Of a DNA stretch of 64,000 nucleotides, positions 17,206 through 26,420 are shown one piece after another (within the stretch, counting starts at the first letter, position 1; every line of letters begins with the position of its first letter). The notes below the pieces were generated by a model that saw only the letters and a program-made list of their open reading frames with translations, was not told where the DNA came from and did no database searches. Source of the DNA: an uncultured Planctomycetia bacterium (GTDB lineage Bacteria > Omnitrophota > Gorgyraeia > Gorgyraeales > Gorgyraeaceae); contig CAYPYS010000001.1 of the NCBI GenBank assembly GCA_964415355.1, positions 215,399 through 279,398 of the forward strand, given 5' to 3'. The translations under genes were made by a program, and so were the position numbers.

Positions 17206-19974
17206 GAAGACACCGTGATAATAGATACGCAGTATATGCTGCGTATCCAGCGTTGGGTAAAAATCTCCAAAAGGACTCATAACTATACCTGGTATAGAAG
17301 TAGAATCGATGCTGCCCTCTCCAAACTGTATTACCAGCGCCCCATATTCGGTAACATTGTAATCCAGCTCCATAAATACATTGTGATGTTTCTCGTATTT
17401 CAAGTCTCCGCTTGTATTTAATCTATATAAGTTGTACGCCCTTGAAAAGGTATATTTCAGAAACCCTTTCAGCCTGGGATTAAATTTGTATTTAAAGGTC
17501 GTGCTAAATTGGTTCATGTTGTTATCCATGCTTTGCGCAAATTTAAAGTCGTTCTTGGTATAATCAAGATCTATGCCAAGATTTTCTAATGGCTTAAGCG
17601 AAACGCCGAGCCTGTAAATATTAAAACGCTCATATGGCGGAAGGTCAAAAAATCCCTGCGAATACAGAAAAGGTACTTCGCTTCTTATCTGCTGGCCATT
17701 TTCAGCCGCAGTGGAAAAACTGATATTATTCAAAAGCCACCTGGGATAATTATTTGTCGCGAATGTGGAATCATTTGTATTTTCGTATATGCCAAAAACG
17801 CTTATCCAGTCCCATTCCGACGGAGAATATTCTACGCCTAAAGAATATGTGGATACAGACGGGTCTTTCCCGTCCTCGATGGCGGCATTTGACTTGAATT
17901 CCCCTGTATCTGCGTCGTAGATGATAGGATCTATGCCTCCTTTGGTCTTTGGGAGGTCGTGATATATAAATAAAAACTTGGAAGTCCACTCAGGGTTGAT
18001 CTCAAGGGTATTTTCCTCTCTAAAAACGCCCTCGACATATTTATGATCAGAATCCCTCACGTATCTATAGTCGATTAAATTCTTCATCCTGCCATCCAGC
18101 GCATCTTCTTTCTCTAATCTGAAATTAACTGCATCCCTGCCCACATCCACTCCATCGCCTATTCTAAATGGCTCAATATCTTCATATCTTAAAGGATCAG
18201 AACCCCACCTGCTATATTCTATCGGTTCTTTAAAATGAATGTGCCTGCCCCAGTATTGATCGTTCCTTGTCTGCCTATAACTTGCCAGCCCCGGATCAAA
18301 ACCTTTATCCATATGCGTAAAGGCTAATCTCGCGTCGCCCCACGTCGTTCCTCTCTTAACTGCGAGATGGGCCGCGGTTCCGTTTCTCTCTGTCTCGTAA
18401 GTGCTGTCTGATCTATCATCTTCGCTCTTACTCACTGCGATCTCACCGACTATATTAGTGGTTGGATTTAAATCATAACTGGCATCTACGCCAAATACAT
18501 TATTATACGAATCAGCCTTATCGTCTTCGTAACCTATCCTGAACGTGTCTATAAAGCCTAACGTCAACCTATCATTTATAGGTGTCTTTATCCTTATCGC
18601 GCCAGGCACTGCGTTGACACTGTCATATTCCTGCCACAATCCTTTAGGCGTCGCAAAGGTCGTCTGCAGCTCGCTGCCCCCAGCAAACTCAGACGCAAAG
18701 GAAAAGCCTCTCAGGGCTGTAAGCCTTTTTAGTTCCTCGCTCTCTCTTGTAAAAGTTGACAGGTCGCTTGACCATTGTCCTCGAGTAAAAGAAGCTGCGC
18801 TTGAATTTAAATTTCCGGTCTTCCATTCATCAAGCCACGGACTCGGCTCCCAGTAGATGTGATGGTTCGAAAGCCCCAATGGGTCGTCTGAAGAAAGAGC
18901 CTGGTCTTCCAAGCCAAACAGAAACGCCCTGGCTTTATAACTATCGGTATTATAATCAAACCATAGCTCCCTCATTGGCTGAAAACTTGTATCTATATCC
19001 AGCTCGGGTATGCTAAAACTCTCTCCCCATGTATCATTGACCGAAGTAGAAACCACCCTTCCGTCAACAACCTTTAATTCAGGTATATCTATATCATCTC
19101 CATCACTCAATGTTGGTATGGTTTCGTTTATTGTGCTTCTGTTGCCTGACCAGTACTTTAACTCTATCTCGGTCGTGTCTCCAGCGCTGCCGGTTATTGT
19201 AGTCTTTTCTGTTTTTCCTACGAAACTCCAAGGGTCCACTGTGATGTCGGAATGGAAATTCAAACCTTCCTCACTTTTATTTGTATCAAACACGACCTTA
19301 AATCTGTCATACACTCTTTTATCGAATGTATTTGCCTTTGGAAATTGGTGGTCTATTACTCTGAAGTTGCGCTCGACATGGTCTGCATTTGTATCCTTCC
19401 AGATCAAATCATCGCCTGTAACGCCAAAGGCCATCTTGTATTCACCCTTTATCTCGCCGGGCGCGATATTGTCATTGAGCGCGTCGGCTATGGCTTTTAT
19501 TTTATCTTCAGAATAACCTGGCGGATACTGGTATCGCGGCTCTGTCTGTGGTTTTATCTGTGGCTGGTGGGAATATTCATATTCTTCTACAGGCTCATAT
19601 CTTTCCTCTATATGCACCGGTCTGTCAAATTCTGGATTATCGCTATACTCTCCTCTATATATAGGTTGCGGCAACGCCTCTGACTCCCTGCGCAGCTCAT
19701 CGCTTCTCTGGTAAGTATCCAGCATCCCGCGCGCGCGCAGCCTGAGCTCCGCGTTCACAAGATCCAGATACGTCTGCGCGTCAGCGTTCCGCGAGTCGAG
19801 CTCGATCGCGCGCTCGAGGATCACCTTGGCCTCGTGCAGCTTGCCGGCGCGATAGTAGTCCACGCCCCTGCTGGACAAGCCGAAGCTCACGGCAATATCC
19901 TGCTCTTGCGCAAAGCAGGGCGCTGCCGCCACTAATACCAACACTGTCACTATCGCCGCAAATTTCCTCATCAT
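17203..19974 (-). CDS. Large (~923 aa) secreted protein, putative outer-membrane beta-barrel / oligosaccharide channel; N-terminal TPR-like helix pair
   Basis: The likely start is MMRKFAAIVTVLVLVAAAPCFA (ATG 19972-19974). The track start (MLKCKLTRV) lies inside the PIE. It is beta-rich and Asp/Gly/Tyr-rich throughout. It ends in ...YYHGVF (aromatic C-terminal residue, typical of OMPs). It is adjacent to the glycoside-hydrolase genes. Confidence 0.5.
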   Translation of the reverse strand: MMRKFAAIVTVLVLVAAAPCFAQEQDIAVSFGLSSRGVDYYRAGKLHEAKVILERAIELDSRNADAQTYLDLVNAELRLRARGMLDTYQRSDELRRESEALPQPIYRGEYSDNPEFDRPVHIEERYEPVEEYEYSHQPQIKPQTEPRYQYPPGYSEDKIKAIADALNDNIAPGEIKGEYKMAFGVTGDDLIWKDTNADHVERNFRVIDHQFPKANTFDKRVYDRFKVVFDTNKSEEGLNFHSDITVDPWSFVGKTEKTTITGSAGDTTEIELKYWSGNRSTINETIPTLSDGDDIDIPELKVVDGRVVSTSVNDTWGESFSIPELDIDTSFQPMRELWFDYNTDSYKARAFLFGLEDQALSSDDPLGLSNHHIYWEPSPWLDEWKTGNLNSSAASFTRGQWSSDLSTFTRESEELKRLTALRGFSFASEFAGGSELQTTFATPKGLWQEYDSVNAVPGAIRIKTPINDRLTLGFIDTFRIGYEDDKADSYNNVFGVDASYDLNPTTNIVGEIAVSKSEDDRSDSTYETERNGTAAHLAVKRGTTWGDARLAFTHMDKGFDPGLASYRQTRNDQYWGRHIHFKEPIEYSRWGSDPLRYEDIEPFRIGDGVDVGRDAVNFRLEKEDALDGRMKNLIDYRYVRDSDHKYVEGVFREENTLEINPEWTSKFLFIYHDLPKTKGGIDPIIYDADTGEFKSNAAIEDGKDPSVSTYSLGVEYSPSEWDWISVFGIYENTNDSTFATNNYPRWLLNNISFSTAAENGQQIRSEVPFLYSQGFFDLPPYERFNIYRLGVSLKPLENLGIDLDYTKNDFKFAQSMDNNMNQFSTTFKYKFNPRLKGFLKYTFSRAYNLYRLNTSGDLKYEKHHNVFMELDYNVTEYGALVIQFGEGSIDSTSIPGIVMSPFGDFYPTLDTQHILRIYYHGVF

Positions 19975-19982
19975 CACCCTTG

Positions 19983-20019
19983 TAAGTTTACATTTCAACA
20001 TTGTTGAAATGTAAACTTA
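19983..20019. repeat. PIE copy 9 (TAAGTTTACATTTCAACATTGTTGAAATGTAAACTTA; G..C paired stem variant)
   Basis: Read directly. It is followed by a GC-rich segment CGTCGCCCGCCGCGCTACCTGCGCAGCCGCGCC (20021-20053). Confidence 0.9.
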
Positions 20020-20060
20020 GCGTCGCCCGCCGCGCTACCTGCGCAGCCGCGCCAAACCTT

Positions 20061-21269
20061 TTATCTCCATAATTCCTTAAGCTTAAAGAACGCCTTCGTG
20101 GGCCTGCGCTCGTCAAACCCTCTCTTACCGCCCCGTTTCACCGCGCACACGCCCCACCACTCTTCATTTATATTAAGATTCTGAGGCGCTTTTATGTCAA
20201 AATAATACGCGCCATTGGACCAGCTAGCAGAAGTATTATGCACGCCCCACATGGCATCGTCTTCTTCATTGAACTTCCACCACTCATCTGTCCATTCGAA
20301 CACAAAACCTCCGAGACAATTTCCAGCCCCGCCCCCGCCATACACATTCTTCTCTATCTCGTTCCACTCCGCCTCTATAAACTCTGCCTGGATCCCCTCG
20401 TCTTCTTCCCTTAAAAATGCGTTATATCTATCGCATCCAAATTCTGTTATGACCACCGGACGACCAAATTTCATTGCCGCCTCTCGGAAAAAATTACCAA
20501 ACGATTTACCTCTATATACAGAGCAACCGAGGATGTCAATGTCAGGAGTCACCTCGCCCGCCACATCTATATCGTTCAGCTCCGCGTTCGCCAGCACCAC
20601 AGGATGCAGGGGATCGATCTTGTGGATCTCAGCCGCCACTTCATTTACAAATGAATAATAGATGCGCGCCCGCGCCTGCCGCTTCAGATATGGATCTTCC
20701 AGGGCCTCTATCTCGTCCGTGGTCCAAAGATTCATTGTTTGCGGGCCATAGGAAAAAGAAAAATTGTTTTCATTCCCGAGGATCCACGCCAAGATACCGC
20801 TCTCATTCTTGTACGTCTCCACCATCGCGAGCGCATCCTTTTTAACCTTTTCCCGGAAGGCTGCATCCGCATAATTCGGGTCATCCCAAAAACCAAGCCA
20901 ATGCCCCATTACGACGCGTATGCCAAATTTATCATGTAGGGTTCTCAGGACCATTTTTGTGTTCTCGACATTCTTGCTAGGCTGATACACCCTGATAGTG
21001 TTCACGCCAATGGATTTCATCATCCTCGCATCGTGAATATACGGCTTTGTCGTATCGCTCCAGAAATCATACAAGTGATTCTCTCCTATCGGCACAGGAT
21101 TATACACCATACCTTTAATAACGTAGGGCCTGTTGCCAACCATCAACTGAAAGCGCTTTCCTTCCAAAGTTTTTACATATACCTTCTCTGGCCCAGTCCT
21201 ACTAAAGATAAAAAATCCCAAAACTGATACTAGAATCAGAAAACTAGCTATAATAATTATTTTTTTCAT
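20061..21269 (-). CDS. Glycoside hydrolase, clan GH-A TIM-barrel (GH5/GH2-like catalytic motifs), membrane-anchored or secreted
   Basis: The likely start is MKKIIIIASFLILVSVLGFFIFS (ATG 21267-21269). The track start at 21278 is a GTG. It carries an acid/base-like ILGNENNF and a nucleophile-like VVITEFGCD. These are paralogous to the motifs in 22171..24486. Confidence 0.6.
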   Translation of the reverse strand: MKKIIIIASFLILVSVLGFFIFSRTGPEKVYVKTLEGKRFQLMVGNRPYVIKGMVYNPVPIGENHLYDFWSDTTKPYIHDARMMKSIGVNTIRVYQPSKNVENTKMVLRTLHDKFGIRVVMGHWLGFWDDPNYADAAFREKVKKDALAMVETYKNESGILAWILGNENNFSFSYGPQTMNLWTTDEIEALEDPYLKRQARARIYYSFVNEVAAEIHKIDPLHPVVLANAELNDIDVAGEVTPDIDILGCSVYRGKSFGNFFREAAMKFGRPVVITEFGCDRYNAFLREEDEGIQAEFIEAEWNEIEKNVYGGGGAGNCLGGFVFEWTDEWWKFNEEDDAMWGVHNTSASWSNGAYYFDIKAPQNLNINEEWWGVCAVKRGGKRGFDERRPTKAFFKLKELWR

Positions 21270-21282
21270 CTCTCTCACCCCT

Positions 21283-21319
21283 TAACTTTACACTTCAACA
21301 TTGTTGAAATGTAAAGTTA
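21283..21319. repeat. PIE copy 10 (TAACTTTACACTTCAACATTGTTGAAATGTAAAGTTA), flanked by CCCC/GGG extending the palindrome
   Basis: Read directly. A second hairpin GGTCTGGG...TGCCGACAGGCA...CCCAGACC follows immediately (21321-21356). Confidence 0.9.
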
Positions 21320-21367
21320 AGGGTCTGGGTCTCTGCCGACAGGCAAAGGCCCAGACCAAAAAATATA

Positions 21368-22087
21368 TTACTCGTACCTTATATCATCCAGATAAAAGGT
21401 AACGCCGTTCGGATTAACATCCAAGTTCGTGGACCAAGCAAATCCTCCGCTTATATAGCTCAGGTCTTTGCCTCTTAAATCGATTTCATACTGCTTCCAT
21501 TCCTGCGTGAGCATCACAGGCCCAATGCCTGCAATATCAGAATCAGGGTAGAGTCCGGTCAGGCCTCCGACCTTAAACTCCTCTATCCTCTCGCCCCCAT
21601 TCTCGCCCCTTGCCCAGAATACAAGCTTCGTGGCGCCTGTGAGGTCATAGCCGCCTTCTCTATCTCCCCAATTGTTGGCTGGATTCTGCCAATACATGCC
21701 GACCCACCTTGCGCCCTGACTTGCCAGGTTGCTATAGACTATCTTGATACAAGTCGTGCCGCCATGCGGATCTTCAAAAGAAGACCGCTCAACAGCGATG
21801 TCAGAATGATCCCCCATATATCCTGATGGCACATAATGATTGTCAGGAGACCTGCCATCCGTATAAATAGGGAACGGTTTAAATACGCTCACAACCTCTT
21901 GAACATCTTCATAAACATCCTCATAAGCGTAATAATCATCTTCGTATTCATAAGGATTATCCACTGCTGACTCATAATCCTCTGTTGCAGTATCTGCATA
22001 CTCTCTTTCACTGGAACCACAGCTCGCCAAGCTAAAGAGCATAAGCCCTGCGATCACCAGCAATGTTAAAGTTAAACTTTTTTTCAT
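21368..22087 (-). CDS. Lipoprotein with acidic Tyr/Asp/Glu-rich linker and C-terminal beta domain (putative carbohydrate-binding)
   Basis: The likely start is MKKSLTLTLLVIAGLMLFSLASCGSS (lipobox LASC). A perfect Shine-Dalgarno GGAGGAG lies 5-11 nt upstream of ATG 22085-22087. The track start at 22120 is further upstream. Confidence 0.55.
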   Translation of the reverse strand: MKKSLTLTLLVIAGLMLFSLASCGSSEREYADTATEDYESAVDNPYEYEDDYYAYEDVYEDVQEVVSVFKPFPIYTDGRSPDNHYVPSGYMGDHSDIAVERSSFEDPHGGTTCIKIVYSNLASQGARWVGMYWQNPANNWGDREGGYDLTGATKLVFWARGENGGERIEEFKVGGLTGLYPDSDIAGIGPVMLTQEWKQYEIDLRGKDLSYISGGFAWSTNLDVNPNGVTFYLDDIRYE

Positions 22088-22170
22088 TTTCTCCTCCTTG
22101 TGCATTTTTAAATTTTGCATTTTTAAATGTTAATTTTGCAATGTTAACCTCTTTACTGCACCTCCTTCCT

Positions 22171-24486
22171 CTACTCCGTCCATAATTCTTGATACATAAA
22201 ATATGATTTTTTCAACTGCCTCAAGAACGGACTGTGACTGCCGTCCCCTTGTCCAGCTATGCCAAGCCACTCTTCATAATTCCATCCGTCTGGAAAAGGA
22301 CCTGCCCAGTTTTTGGTTGCATCGTGCAGTAAAGGCTCGTACGCCTTCCACCACTCATCCAACCATTCAAAGTGAATACCGCCTATAGAATTGCCTATGC
22401 CCCTATGCCCTCCTGAATTATACACTATATCCTTCCAGCTCTCCTTTAGATATTCAGCCTGTCTCTCTTCTGCAACCTCTTTTGACTTACCTGACATGTA
22501 ACTCGGGCACCCATATTCAGTAATAATAACGGGCTTATCGCACGCCTTTTTCGCGTTGTTCCAAAAACTCCTCCCGAAACCATAGCTTCCTCTATATGCA
22601 TTAGCCCCATAGATATCGATGTCCGGAGCAAGCTCGCTAAACTTGTCCAGAAACAATAAATCGCCGCTACAGATCGCAACAGGATGATCCCTGTCAATAG
22701 ACTTTATCATCCTTGCGACTTCATTTGCAAATTTATAATACGCCTCGGGTTTTTTCTTCGCATTGTTCGCGACACCATAATTATTTTCATTTCCAAGCAT
22801 CCAGAACAACACATACGGCTCGTCTTTAAATTGCTCTACCATTGATCTCACGCTCTCTATCATGTTCTTTTTATGTTCCGGGTTTTCATAATCCGTGCCT
22901 TCATACCAATCCGCGCCAGACCCGACAGTGTATGCGCCCAACAGATCTCCCATTATGACCATCATGCCATACCTGTTATACAAGTCTTCCAGGAGTTCCT
23001 TATCCGAAGCATGGTGATATAGCCGCATCGCATTACAGCCCATATCTGCCATCAATTGAAAATCCCCCACTGCTTCCTCGTCCGCGTCCTGCACATTATT
23101 AAAATTCTTATCCACCCAGCTGTCGTAAGGCCCGTCGCTCCTTCCGTTGCCATTGCTATCTGCCTGCATCCAATCCTCTAAAGTGCCTTCGTCCGGGCTC
23201 TGTCCGATTTTACCTGGAGAATAAGCAATGCCTTTTACGATAAATGGTTTTCCTTCCAGCCTTAAGTGCCAGTGCCCGTTATTGTATTGCACGAGATCCA
23301 CCCTGCCGTCGCCAAGCTGCCTCACGACCCTGCCTGTCCTGACCGGTCTATTCTTAAACAAAGCCTTCTTTATATTATCGAAAAAACCCAGCTTCACAAG
23401 GCGGCCGGGGTCTACAAAAAATATATCATTGGAAAGGTCATTGTCAAACCCATTTTCAACAAATATCTCTGCGTCGCGCAACTCCATCTTTAACTCCGGG
23501 TGTTTTTCCAATAAAAAGTCGATCTTGTCTATAGCTACCTGCGCAATATACCAGGGCGTATGAAAATATGTCCAGCCAACTGATTTCGGGAAGTGCACAG
23601 CTATTGCGTAATATGCCTTTATTGCGTGCTCTGTGAGACCTGAACGTTCAAGCGCCATAGCTGCGTAAAAAAGCCTGACTCCCATTGGCTCTGCTGCCTG
23701 CGTCCATTTGTAAAAATTGGACTCAAGATCATCAGTATTCACAAAATCCCAATGATTACCTTCTAACCTGCCTTCCTTGCTCAGCTCTCTATAGCGCGGG
23801 TCCCACACCACCCCGGATGTATTCGGATAAATACCTTCACCTGCGGCCAGCGCCAAGCCTTCCGGGTCCTTTGCCACATACCTATATTTATCAGTGCCTC
23901 TTCCTTTAAAATATCCATATTTATTGTAGTTAACGGGAAACTCTTTGCCTGCATCATAAAGCGTGATCTTTGTCGCAGGCCTGATTATTGCAGGCGGCTT
24001 TTCTGCTTCTTTCTCGTCGCCAGCCTCGGCCTCTGTCTCTATCTTCTCGAGACTCTCCTGGCTCTTTTCCTTTACACTCCAGAACCAGCCGCGCGGATCC
24101 CAGTTCTGCGCGTATCCATACTCTTCTATCGCTGCCACAAACGCCTCTTTCGCCTCCTCTGTCTTCCCCTGCGAGAGAAAGAGCTCGCCTTGAATAAAAT
24201 AACTCGTCCCCACTGCGTTGAGCACTGCGTATTTCTCTATAGCGCCTGTCATCGGCAAGCCAGTCAGGCTCGCCTGCTCTTCTCTTGCCTCACCCGCGTA
24301 GAGCTCGATACATCTACTCGTGTAGTGAAAGGTTTTTTCAAGATCCTTTGCGCCCCAGGCCTCCCACGCGCGCATAAGCAGCTCTTTTGCAGAAAGCGGT
24401 GCAGTCTCTACAACTTCTTCAGCAGCCTGCACTGGAACCGCCATCACCATCACCAAAAATATCACAACTAAATTTATTTTTCTCAT
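22171..24486 (-). CDS. Secreted glycoside hydrolase, clan GH-A catalytic domain with N-terminal TPR-like region
   Basis: The likely start is MRKINLVVIFLVMVMAVPVQA (ATG 24484-24486, abutting the PIE). The track start is TTG inside the PIE. It has GNENNYG and VIITEYGCPS motifs. The N-terminal ~330 aa is helical and TPR-like. Confidence 0.6.
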   Translation of the reverse strand: MRKINLVVIFLVMVMAVPVQAAEEVVETAPLSAKELLMRAWEAWGAKDLEKTFHYTSRCIELYAGEAREEQASLTGLPMTGAIEKYAVLNAVGTSYFIQGELFLSQGKTEEAKEAFVAAIEEYGYAQNWDPRGWFWSVKEKSQESLEKIETEAEAGDEKEAEKPPAIIRPATKITLYDAGKEFPVNYNKYGYFKGRGTDKYRYVAKDPEGLALAAGEGIYPNTSGVVWDPRYRELSKEGRLEGNHWDFVNTDDLESNFYKWTQAAEPMGVRLFYAAMALERSGLTEHAIKAYYAIAVHFPKSVGWTYFHTPWYIAQVAIDKIDFLLEKHPELKMELRDAEIFVENGFDNDLSNDIFFVDPGRLVKLGFFDNIKKALFKNRPVRTGRVVRQLGDGRVDLVQYNNGHWHLRLEGKPFIVKGIAYSPGKIGQSPDEGTLEDWMQADSNGNGRSDGPYDSWVDKNFNNVQDADEEAVGDFQLMADMGCNAMRLYHHASDKELLEDLYNRYGMMVIMGDLLGAYTVGSGADWYEGTDYENPEHKKNMIESVRSMVEQFKDEPYVLFWMLGNENNYGVANNAKKKPEAYYKFANEVARMIKSIDRDHPVAICSGDLLFLDKFSELAPDIDIYGANAYRGSYGFGRSFWNNAKKACDKPVIITEYGCPSYMSGKSKEVAEERQAEYLKESWKDIVYNSGGHRGIGNSIGGIHFEWLDEWWKAYEPLLHDATKNWAGPFPDGWNYEEWLGIAGQGDGSHSPFLRQLKKSYFMYQELWTE

Positions 24487-24522
24487 AACTTTACATTTCA
24501 ACAACGTTAAAGTGTAAACTTA
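24486..24522. repeat. PIE copy 11 (TAACTTTACATTTCAACAACGTTAAAGTGTAAACTTA)
   Basis: Read directly. It directly abuts the GH start codon. The ABC permease start (25375) is on the other side, so this is not a stop-overlapping copy. Confidence 0.9.
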
Positions 24523-24526
24523 GCAC

Positions 24527-25375
24527 CTATCCTACAATCGCCCTTGCAGTTATACCTTTAATAATATGCTTCTGCATAAAAAGATATACCAGGATTATCG
24601 GCAACACTGTTATTGTTATGCCTGCCATAAGCAGTGGATACTCTGTTATATGCGTGCCCTGGAATATCATAAGACCTCTCTGTAGCGGCATTAAAGACTT
24701 GGAAGAAAAAATCAATGTCGCTAATATATATTCATTCCACACATTCAGGGAATTAAATATCACTATGACTGCGATCGCTGGCCGCGCGAGAGGCAGCGCC
24801 ACGTTCCACCATATGCCAAGCTTTGAGCATCCGTCGATGCGCGCCGCATCTTCAAGCGCCGCAGGCATCCTATCGAAAAACGTCTTTAAAATATATATAC
24901 TAAAGGAAAGCCCTACATTTATCATGCACAGGATATAACCTATGCGCGTATTCACCAGGTGCAGTTTTGTCATCAACACATACAAAGGCACAAAACTCCC
25001 TGGAAGCGGTATCATCATTGCCCCAAGAAACATGTAAAACAAAACATTTTTCCCGGGAAACTGCAGCCGCGAAAACGCGAACGCGGCCAGCGAAGAAATA
25101 ATCACTATGCCGAAAACAACTGTCACCGTATAGATAACGCTGTTTAAAAAATACATGCCAAAGCCGCCCTTGGTCCATGCATAATAAAAATTACTCCACA
25201 CAGGATTGCGCGGAATTATACTCATGTCTGAAAATATCGACTGCTGAGTCTTGAGCGCAGACCCTACCATCCACAAAAGCGGAAATACGCAGGTCACTGC
25301 CACGCTGATAAGAAATATGTGTATTAGCAGCGTCTTAACGCCTCTCTGCATTTTATATCCCATTGCCTCAGTCAT
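24527..25375 (-). CDS. Carbohydrate ABC transporter permease (CUT1 family, MalG/UgpE-like)
   Basis: 282 aa with 6 TM segments and the EAA loop ...LEDAARIDGCSKLGIWWNVALPLARPAIAV.... Confidence 0.8.
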   Translation of the reverse strand: MTEAMGYKMQRGVKTLLIHIFLISVAVTCVFPLLWMVGSALKTQQSIFSDMSIIPRNPVWSNFYYAWTKGGFGMYFLNSVIYTVTVVFGIVIISSLAAFAFSRLQFPGKNVLFYMFLGAMMIPLPGSFVPLYVLMTKLHLVNTRIGYILCMINVGLSFSIYILKTFFDRMPAALEDAARIDGCSKLGIWWNVALPLARPAIAVIVIFNSLNVWNEYILATLIFSSKSLMPLQRGLMIFQGTHITEYPLLMAGITITVLPIILVYLFMQKHIIKGITARAIVG

Positions 25376-25384
25376 AAAGTTTTT

Positions 25385-25408
25385 GTCATTCCCGCGAAAG
25401 CGGGAATC
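25385..25408. repeat. Hairpin GTCATTCCCGCG-AAA-GCGGGAATCC (family B; 8-bp stem, GAAA loop) in the 5' leader of the permease gene
   Basis: Read directly. Confidence 0.8.
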
Positions 25409-25409
25409 C

Positions 25410-25446
25410 TAACTTTACATTTCAACAACGTTAAAGTGTAAACTTA
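25410..25446. repeat. PIE copy 12 (TAACTTTACATTTCAACAACGTTAAAGTGTAAACTTA; identical to copy 11)
   Basis: Read directly. The stop of permease 25444..26331 lies in its right end. Confidence 0.9.
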
Positions 25447-26331
25447 GGCCTTGTTCATATGCTTCGATATACGGATCTGGATAAATGACACTGCCAAAAG
25501 TATCGCGCCGAAGATAATGCCCTGGCTGCACGCATATCCAAATCTCGACGAACCCACCATCGAAGACAAAATCCTGGTCACAGGGACCTCTGTATGGTAC
25601 CCTGGCCCTCCTCCTGTCATTGAAAGTATCAATACAAAAACCTGCATCGTGCCGAGCACCGTAAGGATCGACACCAGGACAAACACAGGCACCATAAGAG
25701 GCGCAGTAACCTTTTTAAATATCTGCCATGAGTTTGCTCCGTCCACGCGCGCGGCCTCGTACAGCTGCCTCGGTATAGTCTGAAGTCCTGCCAAAAATAT
25801 AATAAAACCCCAGCCAAATCCTTTCCAGCAATGGATCATTGCCACGCACGTCAGCGCGGTCTTTGGATCCGAAAGCCAGTCCCGCACCAAATGCGACAAT
25901 CCCATCGCATGCAGCCAATGATTCAAAAGTCCGAAATTCCCGTCGTAAATCCAGCGCCACACAAGCCCGACGACCACCGCAGAAAGAACAGGTGGCAGAT
26001 AAAATATCACTCTGTAAACATTCCCGCCTTTTATGTCTCTGTCGCACGCCCACGCCAGCGTCAGCGCCAAGGCGTTCTGAAAAGTAAGCGCGATCAGGGT
26101 AATATACCCTGCCTGGCCCATGGCCTGCCACCAGATTTTATCGTAAAAGAAAAGCTCTTTAAAATTCCTGAAGCCTATGAAATTTTTCGCAAAATCAAAA
26201 CCCATTATCCCGTCCCACTCACAAAGAGAAAGCATGAAGACCTTGTAGAAAGGATAAATATAAAATACTGAGAACATCAATACTGCCGGCAACACAAAAA
26301 AGTAATTTTCAACTGTAGATTTTATCCGCAT
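25444..26331 (-). CDS. Carbohydrate ABC transporter permease (CUT1 family, MalF/UgpA-like)
   Basis: 295 aa with an EAA loop ...LYEAARVDGANSWQIFKKVTAPLMVPV.... Confidence 0.8.
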   Translation of the reverse strand: MRIKSTVENYFFVLPAVLMFSVFYIYPFYKVFMLSLCEWDGIMGFDFAKNFIGFRNFKELFFYDKIWWQAMGQAGYITLIALTFQNALALTLAWACDRDIKGGNVYRVIFYLPPVLSAVVVGLVWRWIYDGNFGLLNHWLHAMGLSHLVRDWLSDPKTALTCVAMIHCWKGFGWGFIIFLAGLQTIPRQLYEAARVDGANSWQIFKKVTAPLMVPVFVLVSILTVLGTMQVFVLILSMTGGGPGYHTEVPVTRILSSMVGSSRFGYACSQGIIFGAILLAVSFIQIRISKHMNKA

Positions 26332-26344
26332 AATTATATCCGCC

Positions 26345-26381
26345 TAAGTTTACACTTTAACGTTGTTGAAATGTAAACTTA
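26345..26381. repeat. PIE copy 13 (TAAGTTTACACTTTAACGTTGTTGAAATGTAAACTTA)
   Basis: Read directly. A family-C element follows immediately. Confidence 0.9.
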
Positions 26382-26383
26382 CG

Positions 26384-26420
26384 TGTCATTGCAAGGCACG
26401 AAGCGCCAAAGCAATCTCAC
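26384..26420. repeat. Family-C element GTCATTGCAAGGCACGAAGCGCCAAAGCAATCTCAC (only intergenic copy)
   Basis: Read directly. It shares the GTCATTGC.AG...GAAGCAATCTC layout with the in-ORF copies at 34697, 49777 and 62722. Confidence 0.7.

Noticed and set aside
21320-21367. Hairpin GGTCTGGG...CCCAGACC plus A/T run as a rho-independent terminator for the lipoprotein gene
   Set aside because: On the coding (minus) strand the T-run precedes the hairpin instead of following it. On the plus strand the run is A's. Neither orientation gives a canonical hairpin-then-U-tract terminator.
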